Virus record (IMG/VR): IMGVR_UViG_3300008107_006173
Length of the DNA stretch: 64,000 bases
From: a virus
Taxonomy: Duplodnaviria; Caudoviricetes
Reading direction: 5' to 3' (one strand)
In this document: one piece after another, positions 63,908 to 64,000 of the stretch
Numbering within the stretch: position 1 is the first letter of the stretch
Layout: every line of letters starts with the position of its first letter
Notes under the pieces: generated by a model
Seen by the model: only the letters and a program-made list of their open reading frames with translations
What the model was told of the DNA's origin: nothing
The model's database searches: none
Position numbers and translations under genes: made by a program

Positions 63908-64000
63908 TTACTGCTTATTGCGTGATCGTATCAAGTTAGTAAGCATGGTCTCGCGATCGAGAACCTTACGGCGCTTACGCTTGCTTTTCATGTATTTCAA
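63908..64000 (-). CDS. 3' end of a basic protein, truncated by the window edge
   Basis: ...KYMKSKRKRRKVLDRETMLTNLIRSRNKQ*. Confidence 0.4.
   Translation of the reverse strand: MKYMKSKRKRRKVLDRETMLTNLIRSRNKQ

Noticed and set aside
1-64000. Bacterial chromosome origin, given many housekeeping genes
   Set aside because: Pathways are fragmentary and interleaved with fibres, spanins, T4-type late promoters, a gp44-like loader and dense tiny ORFs.
1-64000. Stop-codon reassignment, tRNA genes, introns or inteins
   Set aside because: Conserved genes are full length in code 11 with all three stops used; no cloverleaf or intervening sequence was recognised by eye. tRNAscan/Infernal were not run.

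Overview
64-kb segment of an AT-rich, T4-like jumbo myophage genome; most genes are on the minus strand. I recognised no tRNA, rRNA, CRISPR array, integrase or transposase by eye. Layout: 0-13 kb and 43-46.5 kb are repeat-rich tail-fibre/virion genes under T4-type late promoters (GATAAATA). 13-50 kb holds proteostasis genes (ClpA, ClpP, ClpS, DnaJ, GroES, Hsp20), Fe-S assembly genes (SufS, SufE, A-type carrier), two tandem B12-type radical SAM enzymes, spanins, PhoH, a clamp loader, a DnaE fragment, NadE, GuaC, MazG, sugar-nucleotide enzymes and sulfotransferases. 50.5-64 kb is a hyperplastic early region of small ORFs and includes an intact TonB-dependent receptor. The strongest non-coding signals are: (i) a canonical ROSE-type RNA-thermometer hairpin on the hsp20 leader; (ii) repeated terminator+sigma70-promoter cassettes whose hairpin loop is an IHF consensus site, with a second IHF site nearby; (iii) a 12-bp hairpin that buries an SD and overlaps a late promoter; (iv) several apparently leaderless genes. 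The host is inferred to be a proteobacterium, probably Alphaproteobacteria. All product calls come from motif recognition by eye; no database search was run.
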